In this document: positions 1 through 9,633 of the stretch, in pieces
Numbering within the stretch: position 1 is the first letter of the stretch
How the letters are laid out: each line of letters begins with the position of its first letter
From: Eukaryota sp. GEM-RC1
Taxonomy: Eukaryota
Direction: 5' to 3'
Assembly: GCA_040285855.1 (NCBI GenBank)
Contig: JAUFOQ010000003.1
Span: forward strand, 1,364,001 to 1,428,000
DNA length: 64,000 bases
Notes under the pieces: model-generated
The model's database searches: none
The model's input: the letters and a program-made list of their open reading frames with translations, nothing else
Told to the model about the DNA's origin: nothing
Program-made: the position numbers and the translations under genes

Positions 1-859
1 CAGGAAAAAGTTTTGTCGTGTTTTGATTTTCAAATTGATCGCAGACACTGTCATCAAAGATATTAGAAGAAAAGCCACAACGAAAAGAATGTCCAGTGTC
101 AAAAGAACCTTGATCAACATAGAAGAAGACTGAACAAGTAGAAGGTACTTTCTGGAGACTATAGATATCCGATTGTGATTGATAAATACAAACTCCAATG
201 CATCAAAGAGTTGGTTCTACGTCTGTAAGGTCAATATTAAGGTAACGATACTGTTTGGACAAACAATCTGAATTTAATGTGTTTAAATACTGATACTTTC
301 CCCCATCACTCTAGCAAACATCCTTACCAGAGACAACTGTTCATTAAATCCAATACTACAACAGTACTCACACATCGCTTCACGAAATTCATCCAATATT
401 TCCAAACAGTTGATCACAAATCAAGTTATCATTTAAATCTAGTCAATTTCAGGGATACAACAACAGTATTGGTGAACGACAACACATCAAAGTACTTGTC
501 CCTATCATTCAAATGAATACTCAAAATTTTGACCAAGCCTAAATTAAATCTGTTTATAGTTTCATTTTTTTAAATCATACTTTTTTATGAAAAAGTTTGT
601 CTGGATATAATGAAATAAACAGTCTAAAACTCAGTATCATCAAAGCAAGATTCCCGAACCTTGTTGAAGCTTTGTCTTCATAATACACACTGACGGATAA
701 TAAAGCTCTCGAAATCATTGTGGGAACTGCTTTTTGAATTGTAAAGACAATTCTGTTCTTTCGGTTTCATTTTCTGTAAAACACGTTGAATCTGAATTAT
801 GTCCTTTTGATGTATCCATCTACGGCCGTTTAGGACAAAGTTTTTTCTATCAGAACAAA

Positions 860-1340
860 TCATAACAAATTGAATGAACATACGCTTTGATCATATGGTA
901 TAGTTGAATCTTATACTTTTTACAACATTTCCCCTAATGATCTGCAAAGCTTTACCAGCTGTCAGTTCCTTCTATGAAGTTAAACTGTTGCCAGATGTGA
1001 TAGTGACGGAGGTTGTTTTCATGATACCAAAATTTAGCTCTATGCAATTATGCTGATACTTTGAAGAATCTTATCAAATTTGTATTCGCAATTTTCCTTT
1101 GTTCCATTTGCAATCTCAATTTTTGGTAATATTGATCCAACAGGTTTAAAAGTATTTAGTGTGATTTTATTATTATATGTCGTTCTAACGGAAAGGCCTC
1201 TATTGGTACGGAAGAATAGAAATTGTGTTTGCGTTGTACAGAAGCACCCCAAGTATCTAAGTTCCACTTGTTCCAAGTTGCATAGAGACGGTTATCGTGT
1301 TGATGTGGAAAATTTATAATCTATTGTTGCAAATAAAGTA
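860..1340 (+). mobile_element. Two abutting degraded 3' fragments of CRE-like RLE retrotransposons
   Basis: 1080-1319 reads YSQFSFVPFAISIFGNIDPTGLK...YRVDVENL, like the C-terminus of the subfamily B copy at 11600-12580, and is followed by AATAAA. 860-1040 resembles the tail of the copy at 41031-41246. Confidence 0.75.
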
Positions 1341-2001
1341 TTGTTTATTTAGTATATTACATTTATAAATGACATTTAGAACTGAATACATGTATTTTGA
1401 AGACATCCAATGAGTAATTTCCCAGTTGTATTCCAATGAGTCTGTCTAAACAACAAGGTAATGTGTTACACAGTCTCCTCAGGCTGCGTAGTACTCTTTG
1501 GTAATTTCAAACCAAACAAATTTGAATATACTCTTAAAGACTTTCGAGACAATAGATTTGTTCCCAATGCGAATTAAGTAACTGTTTTTGTTGCTTCTTT
1601 CAATGCCAACACAACATTCTATATTCTGATGATGTTGAAACTGAACAAGAGGACAATGTCCGATCTAGTTTGGATAAGTCTAAAAATGGTCAAAATGTGA
1701 ATTGCCATTATTCCTGGTCGATTTTTTTTTTAACAAAAATCATCTTCAGACAATTCTGAAACTGAATTAGAAGAGGTATTCCAATTTTGATTACATGAAA
1801 CTTCCTTCTCTAAATCTTCCTCAATTTCCATCATTGACTTGATCATTTTATGTACATTCTGGATTTGTACTGAGAAATGGAATAAGAAAACATAATCAAA
1901 AATTTACTACAATCTAACTAAACAATCGTCACAGCGTACCAAGTTAAAAGTACAATAACTAACACTAACAACTACAAATGCAACAGTAATTCCTTGCTAA
2001 T

Positions 2002-2800
2002 TTAACCCTCAAACTGAGAAACCTTTCTAAACAAAGTTTCCAGGACTTCACCTCCCAAACTAACTAGATTAGAGAAGGACGTATCAGAAAACAACGAAGA
2101 TCCACTCTTCTGGCAAAGACAGATAGTTCCATCCTGAAGACCACTCAGCATCACAAACCCCAAAGACACTTCCATTTCTTCAGGAAGAGGATCAGCAATA
2201 AACATTGACTTATAATGATAGAGCGAACAACTAAGAGGAAGTCTTTCAGTATTAAGATCCAGCAGACTACCGTCAGTATCTAATGTTATAGTATCTAGTG
2301 ATGAAAGCTGAACCACTGGTAGCTTTGCTGCACCGAAAGCTAATCTTGTGGCTAGAAAACAAGCATCCGAAAAGTTTCCATCGACAGCTAGGACTGATAT
2401 ATCTACATAAATATCCCAAACTAATTTTTCTGGTTCTATAACAAGAGAAGAATCATGGAGGGAAGAAAAGAACATATCAGCAGAAGAGTTGGTTTGTCCT
2501 AGAAAGGCGAACGTCATTAAGGATTCCAGATCCCGTTCTAAGAGTTTGTATTGGGTGTTATCTCCTGCAAAAGCCTGGTCACTATGATAAGTAACATAGC
2601 ACTGCAAACCAATTGATGTTGAAAAAAAGACGTCCAGCTACCCTATCGGAAAGAGGAGACCCGATTTCACCCTTTAAAGAAGCCAAAACTTCGGTATTTC
2701 CAATTTTAACAACTGAGGATCCATTAGCCACAGGAAGGTCATTTAGAGAAAATGATATAGGACGGTAGTCAGTTGAAGAACGTCCATCAGCTCTAATCAT
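2002..2800 (-). CDS. RRP42: Exosome RNase PH-like core subunit, RRP42/EXOSC7-like; two exons joined by a 28-nt intron (2582-2609)
   Basis: IRADGR..DYRPI, ANGSS.VKIG.TEV, LVWDIYVDI.VLAVDGNFSDA and ADP..EE motifs. Removing GTTTGCAGTGCTATGTTACTTATCATAG joins the two ORFs as GRLFFNINC-DQAFAG. Paralog choice (RRP42 vs RRP43/45) is by eye. Confidence 0.8.
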
Positions 2801-3140
2801 TTGTAAGTATGGAGAGTAGAAACTTGATTGTTAAATTCTGTTAAACATTCTCTCTAGCTGTTCATTACGTGTCGTTGCGTTGTGATGACAAAGACAAAGT
2901 GTGGAATCGTAACAAGTTATCGTGTATCAACATCAAAGCTATTGTGGAGCATCATTTAGAGCGGGGTCTAGGAGTTAGACCCAGTTATTTGTCATAGTCA
3001 TAGTTATAGTCTTTATTTACTACGTGAATCCGTAGTTATCTGAGTAATCATTAGATCTATAGTTATACGATTTTCGTGTTATCATTTATTTGGTTATGAT
3101 GTACAGTTTAATGAAGCACAACGTGCCAAATCAAAAAGTT

Positions 3141-3213
3141 AGACCTAGACGGGACTCGAACCCACAACCCCTTGATTCGTAGTCAAGTGCGCTTCCAATT
3201 ACGCCACTAGGTC
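3141..3213 (-). tRNA. tRNA-Arg (anticodon ACG), intronless
   Basis: Minus strand GACCTAG...CTAGGTC acceptor stem, D arm TGGCGTAATTGGAAGCGC, anticodon arm CTTGA-CTACGAA-TCAAG, T loop TTCGAGT. No encoded CCA; a T5 Pol III terminator follows 3 nt downstream. Confidence 0.95.
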
Positions 3214-3424
3214 GTTACGTTGTTTAGATTTCAGAGGTATATCAACCTTAATGAAGGGATAAACACTCGTTACACGTTTTTATTAACAACTACATTACAC
3301 TATACATACAAGTATGGTGTTTGAATAGACTTCTTTTCTTTCAAACACAATACAACTATGTATTAATAAGTCTGAATTGCGATACCCAAATACGCACAGA
3401 AGTGTCTAAAAGGTAGAAAAAAAA

Positions 3425-4715
3425 ACAAAGTTTTATGGAACAAAAACATTAAAATAAACACAAATACTAGAACTCAATATCATTAAAGCAACAATCATTG
3501 CCATTAAAACTCACATCAGCTTTTTCTTCATAAAAAACACTGAGAGCCAATAGAGCTTTTGAAATCATGATAGGAATCGTTGTAAATATTGTAAAAACAA
3601 TACGATTCAACCAAAATTTGAAATCAAATTTCTTGTTCATTCTTTTTTTAACCACTTTCTCAAAATCGGAAAGAAAACAAAGAGCATCTCTACCAAGTCG
3701 ACCATAAATTGAAATTGCAAAAGGACATAATTTGTACTCAACATGTCTAATATGTTTGAGAGCAGTCAGTGGTTCATCATATTTGATTCTCTTGTATTGT
3801 TCTGAAGAATTCAGTGGAGAAACTTCATTTTTAGCATCCTTGAATGCACTTTTTTTGCAAACATCCACAGTAATCACATCAACAACGGTTAGATCATCGT
3901 TGACTGATGGAACTATGACATTAGCTCTTCTTTTACCAAAAGTCTTATCAGAATCACTATTTTTTGAATTATTGATTTCCAGTGACCTCAACAGTGGTTC
4001 AACGAAAGATTCGATTTTGTAGGACTTACACATGGCATGAATTTGATCTCTAACAGCATCATGAATACAAGTTCTATAAGTAATGAAACGATTGCAACTC
4101 AAAAGGTGAGAAAAAGTAACTAATTTACCACATTTGCATTGAAGATCATTGGGTAAATTAGAGGGCCACAAGAAACATCGAAGTCTGAATGTTGTAGTCC
4201 ATTGATGATCATTCAACAACAAACCATAAATCTGAGGAATTTGGTTAATCAAAGCAACTGAAGAACTGTCCTTCAAATCGATTAAAAAATTTGCGAACGC
4301 TCGATTTTTTTTCTTTGGCCGAGCCAAGTCCAATTTTAAAATCCAGACATTCAAAATGTTTTAAAAGGTGTTTTTGGAGTTTCTTAAGAGCAAAATTTTA
4401 ACGAGATGACACATCGTTCTGGTATTTCACAAATATCTGCTGGAAAACAAGTTTGCCAGATATCAGGTGAAATTAGCGACAATTCTGATCTCAAATTTAC
4501 CAAGAAAAAACTACTTGTCGAAGAAAAAAGATTTTCTTGACTTGGGTACCGTCTACAGAACTCAAAGACAAAATTCTTACCACCACCAATGAAAGCAGAT
4601 TTGGTCCACCATTTAGACGAAGTGAAACCAATACCACCAAGATGAGGATCTGAGAAGATGTGATTGTTCAAAGCAGCAGGATCCACTGATAACAAAAATG
4701 CAAGAATGTCAGTAC
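3425..4715 (-). mobile_element. 5'-truncated CRE-like non-LTR retrotransposon, subfamily A (post-RT region, CCHC knuckle, RLE)
   Basis: HLGGIG, CKC-x7-H-x3-C, HDAVRD, EP, RRA(N/D)V-x-VVDV, KxxKY and PFAISIYGRLG motifs. In this copy the catalytic RRAD reads RRAN. Confidence 0.9.
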
Positions 4716-5494
4716 GAAAAAAAAAGAAAAAAGAAAAGGTAGAAATGTTTCTCATAAGTTTCTTTACTTTGGATGTTTGTTTTATAGCCAAAAATGCTAA
4801 GACTACATCCAAACGAATTCATCCTTATCTGGTACAAGATCACTGACAGTATCTCAACTAATCGAGAGAAACGCATATTTTGATAAAAACACAATACCAA
4901 TATTCTAATTAGACGTTCTAAACTTAACATTCTTCTCTGTACAAAGCTCATTAAAATCATAGATAATCTGTTCACATGTAGGACTAACTGACGTGAAAGG
5001 AGAACCATCAAAATGTTGAAAGTTGGAGACTATGATTTCGAATTTAAACTTTTTGCCTACAAGTGGTATATGAAGACGATTTACAACGAATGTACGAGAC
5101 AAAAAGTGTGCAAAGACATATTGTTTAACTGTATAACTTCACATCAGTTCTTTTCGTGGAACAGATGAACATTGAACCCTTGTTGCATTTTAGAATCGAA
5201 AGAACAATTGGGTTGATAAATGTAAAGAAATCTAAGAATGAGTACCGAAGAGGTGAACCATGATAACCCTGAAGATCAATCACGTTTGCAATCGTTGGAG
5301 TCAATACACTTAGTTTAATACTTGCAATTACAAGAAAAAAACTACACTTGATACAGTATATTCTGTATTGTAGTTGTGTTCTGTATCTGTATTGTATTTT
5401 TTTATTCTGTATTGTATTTTTTTTGTCCGTGTATTTTGCAACTATGCTGTAGAATGGTAAAGTTTGATTGCATTTTGGTTTAATAGCATACAAT

Positions 5495-6161
5495 CAGGCC
5501 CTCTCATAAGATAATTTAAAATAATTTGAACATCCAAAAGTGCCAAAAATAAATGTGAAATAAATATAATTAAAACAAAATAAAACCCAAATATAAACAA
5601 AATATTTTATTATACATCTCATCTGAGTCAGTATTGCTGAATACACCATCCATTTCATCATCCCTTTCTTGTCGAAATTGGTTAGTTGACTTTCTGCTTC
5701 GTACAATTGCTCTAACTGTGTCGTCCTTCCATAGACATCTGTGGATCTTCAATATTAGTTCAATGTTCAGCATCGTAAACGACCATGAGAAAAACGTTCA
5801 ATGATCATATGCCCGAGTATAGTCGTTGGATTTGCTTACAACACAGGTAAAGGCTTGTCTGTGTTAGCTAGGTTCAACATTGAAATGGCAAAGTATGAGG
5901 AAAAATGTCTCAACCTTAATTTTTGTCTGAGCTTGAGTATTTCACACATCATGTTTCAAGTCAATCAACAACCTTGAGCACTAAAATAAACTCATGTATT
6001 ATATAGATCAATGAAGTTTACTTTCTGACATTTTATTTATATTTATTATTATTTTGTTTTATTTTGTTTTATTTGCACGATCGCCAAAAAGGCTCAAAAA
6101 TAAATATAAATAGAAATAAATAGAAATAAATAGAATTTATATTTATTTATGAGGAGCCCTG
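5495..6161. mobile_element. Non-autonomous TIR DNA transposon (667 bp) with 7-bp target-site duplication
   Basis: Imperfect TIRs CAGGCCCTCTCATAA / TTATGAGGAGCCCTG, flanked on both sides by ATACAAT (5488-5494, 6162-6168). Subterminal AAATAGAAAT repeats. Confidence 0.75.
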
Positions 6162-6169
6162 ATACAATG

Positions 6170-6748
6170 TAGTTGCGAATCACAAATTTTTGTGATGTGA
6201 TTTTGTGATTGTTGTGATATTAAATTTTGAACATTGTACATTACCATTACTATAATAAACGATGCTAAGTACAAGAATTCGGTTCACCAACTTATGACAT
6301 AGAAGTAAACCTAACATTGGAACTGAAGAAGCAATTAATGTCTGGTTGAATTTTAAAAAATGAATGTCTTAATATTCCCCATCTATCTTAGACTCCTTAA
6401 CAGAACATTACTAGCTTACATCCGCGAACTTCATTGCGCAACTTCCTTTGGGATACGATTGGAGAGATACGAAATCTAATAGCCCATTTGGAAAGTCATC
6501 AAAGTGAAGCACTTTGATTTTATTACTCAAAGGTCGGATTTGGAATATTATCGGACCTTAATAATAAAAACGCCAAAGATCTTCCAGCGTGACATTAAGC
6601 GTAAGAACAAGACACTTACTTCAGTTGTTACATTTCAAAATAAATTTTGTTCAATCATATAACAAAAATATTACTTGTCATGTGATGTTGTGATGTGATT
6701 GTTGTGACTCACAAAATCACAAGGTCAAATTTTTGTGATTCGCAACTA
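6170..6748. mobile_element. MITE-like element (579 bp) with 17-bp perfect TIRs
   Basis: TAGTTGCGAATCACAAA at 6170-6186 and its reverse complement at 6732-6748, with TGTGAT subterminal repeats at both ends. No TSD recognisable. Confidence 0.75.
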
Positions 6749-6847
6749 TGTTTGATAGTCAGTTTGAACTTTTGAACCGAGATGAGACTGAAGTGAAATG
6801 TCATTCTACCCTCAGTTTCATTTTGTTTTTGCCAATGCTTTTCAAAC

Positions 6848-7606
6848 ATGAACAATATCGCAGAAATTAAGAAACAGATCAGTCTTGAACGGCAACGCCT
6901 AGATGTGTTTCTTTCGCTCACTACTTCGCTGATTTCTGACTGTAAGTCTGGAATTCTGCAACTCAAAGACTCTCTGACTTACCGACAGTCTGTTGAGGCT
7001 GTACAAGAACTTCAAAACACCCTCTTCTACAAACATGTCTTTTTCCACTCTGACACATTTTGTTGTAGTCTTGAATGTCCTGTATGTGGTTGTGATCTGT
7101 TTTATGGTTTTTTGGACTTTCTGAATCATGTTACTGATTGCAACATTAAAATAACTTCTTTTAAACACATATCTGACTGCTGTCTTTCTTCTTCAATAAC
7201 CAGCGATGTCCACCCCGATGATCCACCGTTCTCTTACCCAACAAATCCCAAAGAACCACTGTTTTCCATAACTTCCGGTTCTCTCTTTCCCAAAATGATC
7301 AGAGTGATAGTGACAAACACAGCCCAGCGCACCACACGTAATTCTTTCTTTTGGATCGCTACAGTTACTACATATCCTGAATCCAATCTAATTACTCGTG
7401 TGGTCTACAAACTCGATCGTAGTTTCCTTGTTCATACATCTATTAGGAGTACAGCCCCTTTTCTACTAGAAGAGGAAGGTTATCACGAATTCACTCTTAC
7501 TTTAATGGTCGAGTTTGAATTTGGAACTCCACTATTCATTGATCATCATCTTAGTTTGTCATGTAAAGAACAAAAGACCATTCAATGTTGCTGGTTGTGG
7601 ATTTAA
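6848..7606 (+). CDS. YEATS-domain protein with N-terminal coiled coil and zinc-finger-like motif (YEATS2/AHC1-like architecture)
   Basis: C-terminal ITRVVYKLDRSF...APFLLEEEGYHEF..IDHHL matches the YEATS pattern; CPVC-x13-H-x3-C lies upstream. Confidence 0.7.
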   Translation: MNNIAEIKKQISLERQRLDVFLSLTTSLISDCKSGILQLKDSLTYRQSVEAVQELQNTLFYKHVFFHSDTFCCSLECPVCGCDLFYGFLDFLNHVTDCNIKITSFKHISDCCLSSSITSDVHPDDPPFSYPTNPKEPLFSITSGSLFPKMIRVIVTNTAQRTTRNSFFWIATVTTYPESNLITRVVYKLDRSFLVHTSIRSTAPFLLEEEGYHEFTLTLMVEFEFGTPLFIDHHLSLSCKEQKTIQCCWLWI

Positions 7607-7789
7607 GCATCTATTCTTTGTTCTATTGTGTGTTTCTTTTGTTTTGATCACCAATACATGATAGACATGTTTGATAGAATTTTATTGCTACGACTTATGC
7701 TTTATTGACTATATTCTTTCTTTCTTTTTCAGTTTAATTGTATTAATAATGAGGTTTATTTTATAAAATGCAAATGTACAGTATATAGA

Positions 7790-8218
7790 TTACAACTGAT
7801 CAATGGGGGTAGAGAACTTCACCGTTTTGCCCCAAGACGAAACAGGGTTCGGATTAGAATGATAGATAGATGAACTACTCTTAAGTTCGGTCCAACGAGT
7901 TGTTGGGGGCTGGAACAGTATTGATTGATCAACGTTGCCGCAGCTAGATGCAATTGATGTCAAACGTCTCTTTTCAGAAGAAGTTCGAGACTCTGATGTA
8001 CTTGAGAGTTCTTTTGCACATTCATATAGTTGTTTAGATTCCAAATGTTGTTTAAGTGGAGCGGGACATGGTTTGGTAGGTGATTTGTATGAAGACTTGC
8101 AAGTACTTGTCATTAACGAAGGTGTACAAGGAACGCTATCTTTATAACACTGTTCCTCAAACCAATTCCCCACTAGAGTCTTGGTAGATCCATTGACGTT
8201 AAAATGAAGATCAGACAT
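7790..8218 (-). CDS. SPAG8/FAP143-like ciliary microtubule inner protein
   Basis: N-terminal LVGNWFEE and C-terminal WGK..KFSTPI motifs typical of this MIP family; 142 aa. Confidence 0.55.
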   Translation of the reverse strand: MSDLHFNVNGSTKTLVGNWFEEQCYKDSVPCTPSLMTSTCKSSYKSPTKPCPAPLKQHLESKQLYECAKELSSTSESRTSSEKRRLTSIASSCGNVDQSILFQPPTTRWTELKSSSSIYHSNPNPVSSWGKTVKFSTPIDQL

Positions 8219-8281
8219 CAGCTAATAGCTTATTAATGTCTAATAATAGTGACCCGGTTAGATCACTGGAGGGAGAGAAAA

Positions 8282-8985
8282 TTATGTAGAAGTTCTTTTC
8301 AAAACTTCTGGTCTACCATTTGCTCTAACATGTTCATCTACAATATGAATCATGTTTAACACAGCCTTCACGTTCCGGTTCCAAAGACATCCACACTTTT
8401 TGCAAGTGAGTAATCCATGTCTTAAAACCGTTGGTGGTTTTGCTCTTTTGTAAGGTCTGGGATTTTGAACACGATGTTCTTTTCATCGATTCCATGATCA
8501 TTTTCCAGCACACATTTATGGCATCGAGCGCTTGTTCTATATTCATCGATCAACAGCACTCGATAGTGATGCTTTTGAACATTGCCCTGTGACCAACATT
8601 CTTTGTTGGTGCTTGATTCTTGAACAAAGTCTGCTTCCAATCTCCCATCACTATCACTGTATTTTCTGGACCTCCAAACTTCTCTTGAACTCATCAATCC
8701 ATCTTGATTCAAAACGTTCATTGGCCATATACCTCTTGAACTTCATTATTCTTAGATCGTCTGATTGATAGTACGATCCCATGTTCAGAGAGAATTCATT
8801 CTTAGCTTTACACTATACCAAGAAATCATCATGATCAAGGACTTTACTAGAGTGTTTACTTAGTTGTTTTTCCCACTCTTCATTAGTTTTTCCTCCAATG
8901 ATCCATGACTTTTTACTCTCTCTGGTGAACTTCTCCTGATCTTTGCCAAGGGTCTCTCTTTTTCTTTGACCCTCTCTGCCATAAT
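8282..8985 (-). pseudogene. Degenerate, N-terminally truncated Fanzor1 (eukaryotic TnpB-derived RNA-guided nuclease)
   Basis: Stitched across one stop and three 1-nt deletions: QRKRET..IGGKTNEEWEKQLSKHSSKVLD..LRIMKFKRY..KFGGPENTVIVMGDW..APTKNVG..VLLIDEYRTSARCHKC..NPRPYK..VLRHGLLTCKKC..WNRNVKAVLNM..GRPEVLKR*. Confidence 0.85.
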
Positions 8986-9633
8986 CATTAAAATTAAAAA
9001 ATTTAAAAATGTATGAGTACCCAAATGGCAACCTTCCAACAAAAAGATCATCTTGTAAAAACAAATGTCATTTCTTTAAAGAATTACTAAGACTACAATA
9101 AATTCAAACGACTTTAAGTCGATCCGATATAAGATGACGTTTTTCGAAATTAACCTTCACATCAAACTGGTAAAGTTTCTCAACTAATCGAGAGAAATAT
9201 AAATGCAGAATTCGATAAATTCAAAACACTTGTTTCCATCCATTTAACAAGATGATTTAAATTTAAACAGAAGCGTTCCATTGTTTGAATCGGAAGAACA
9301 GGTCATTGAGTAACTTTCTCTAAAGTAAATAAACAACCCACTGGTTTAGCTGGGATTGAGAGAACACATTAAATTTAAGATGAGATCAGACATAAAAAAA
9401 TAGCAAACAAAATGATGTTTAGAGTTTGTGTGAAGAAGAAAATTGTTCTGGTTTCGATGTGTCAACGCTGCAAATGCATTTATTACGACCAGAAAGTAAG
9501 TTTCGGTTTGTGAGTCATGTGAGAAATAGATGTCTTTACACAAAATAAAATAAGTACCGAAGTTTAGTTTGTACAAACTGTCAAAAAACTGTCAAATGAC
9601 ATTAAGCTATTGAAGTACAATAAAACTACTATC

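Noticed and set aside
1..520. Minus-strand coding-like stretch running off the left edge
   Set aside because: Interrupted by stops and frame changes, with no recognisable motif; cannot be supported from this window.
2880..3045. Possible snoRNA/ncRNA (GTGATGA and CTGA boxes, hairpins at 2964-2982 and ~3019-3036, 10-nt match TCGTAACAAG to the 18S 3' region)
   Set aside because: The C/D-like boxes and the antisense match lie on opposite strands, and matches this short are expected by chance. It would need an Infernal/Rfam hit.
3213..3425. tRNA-targeted insertion of the CRE-like element
   Set aside because: Only one of many copies lies near a tRNA gene (~210 bp upstream of it).
3732..4022. Recurrent plus-strand ORFs MYSTCLICLRAV... 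in many copies
   Set aside because: Antisense shadows of the retrotransposon RLE frame with TTG starts; they recur only because the element is repeated.
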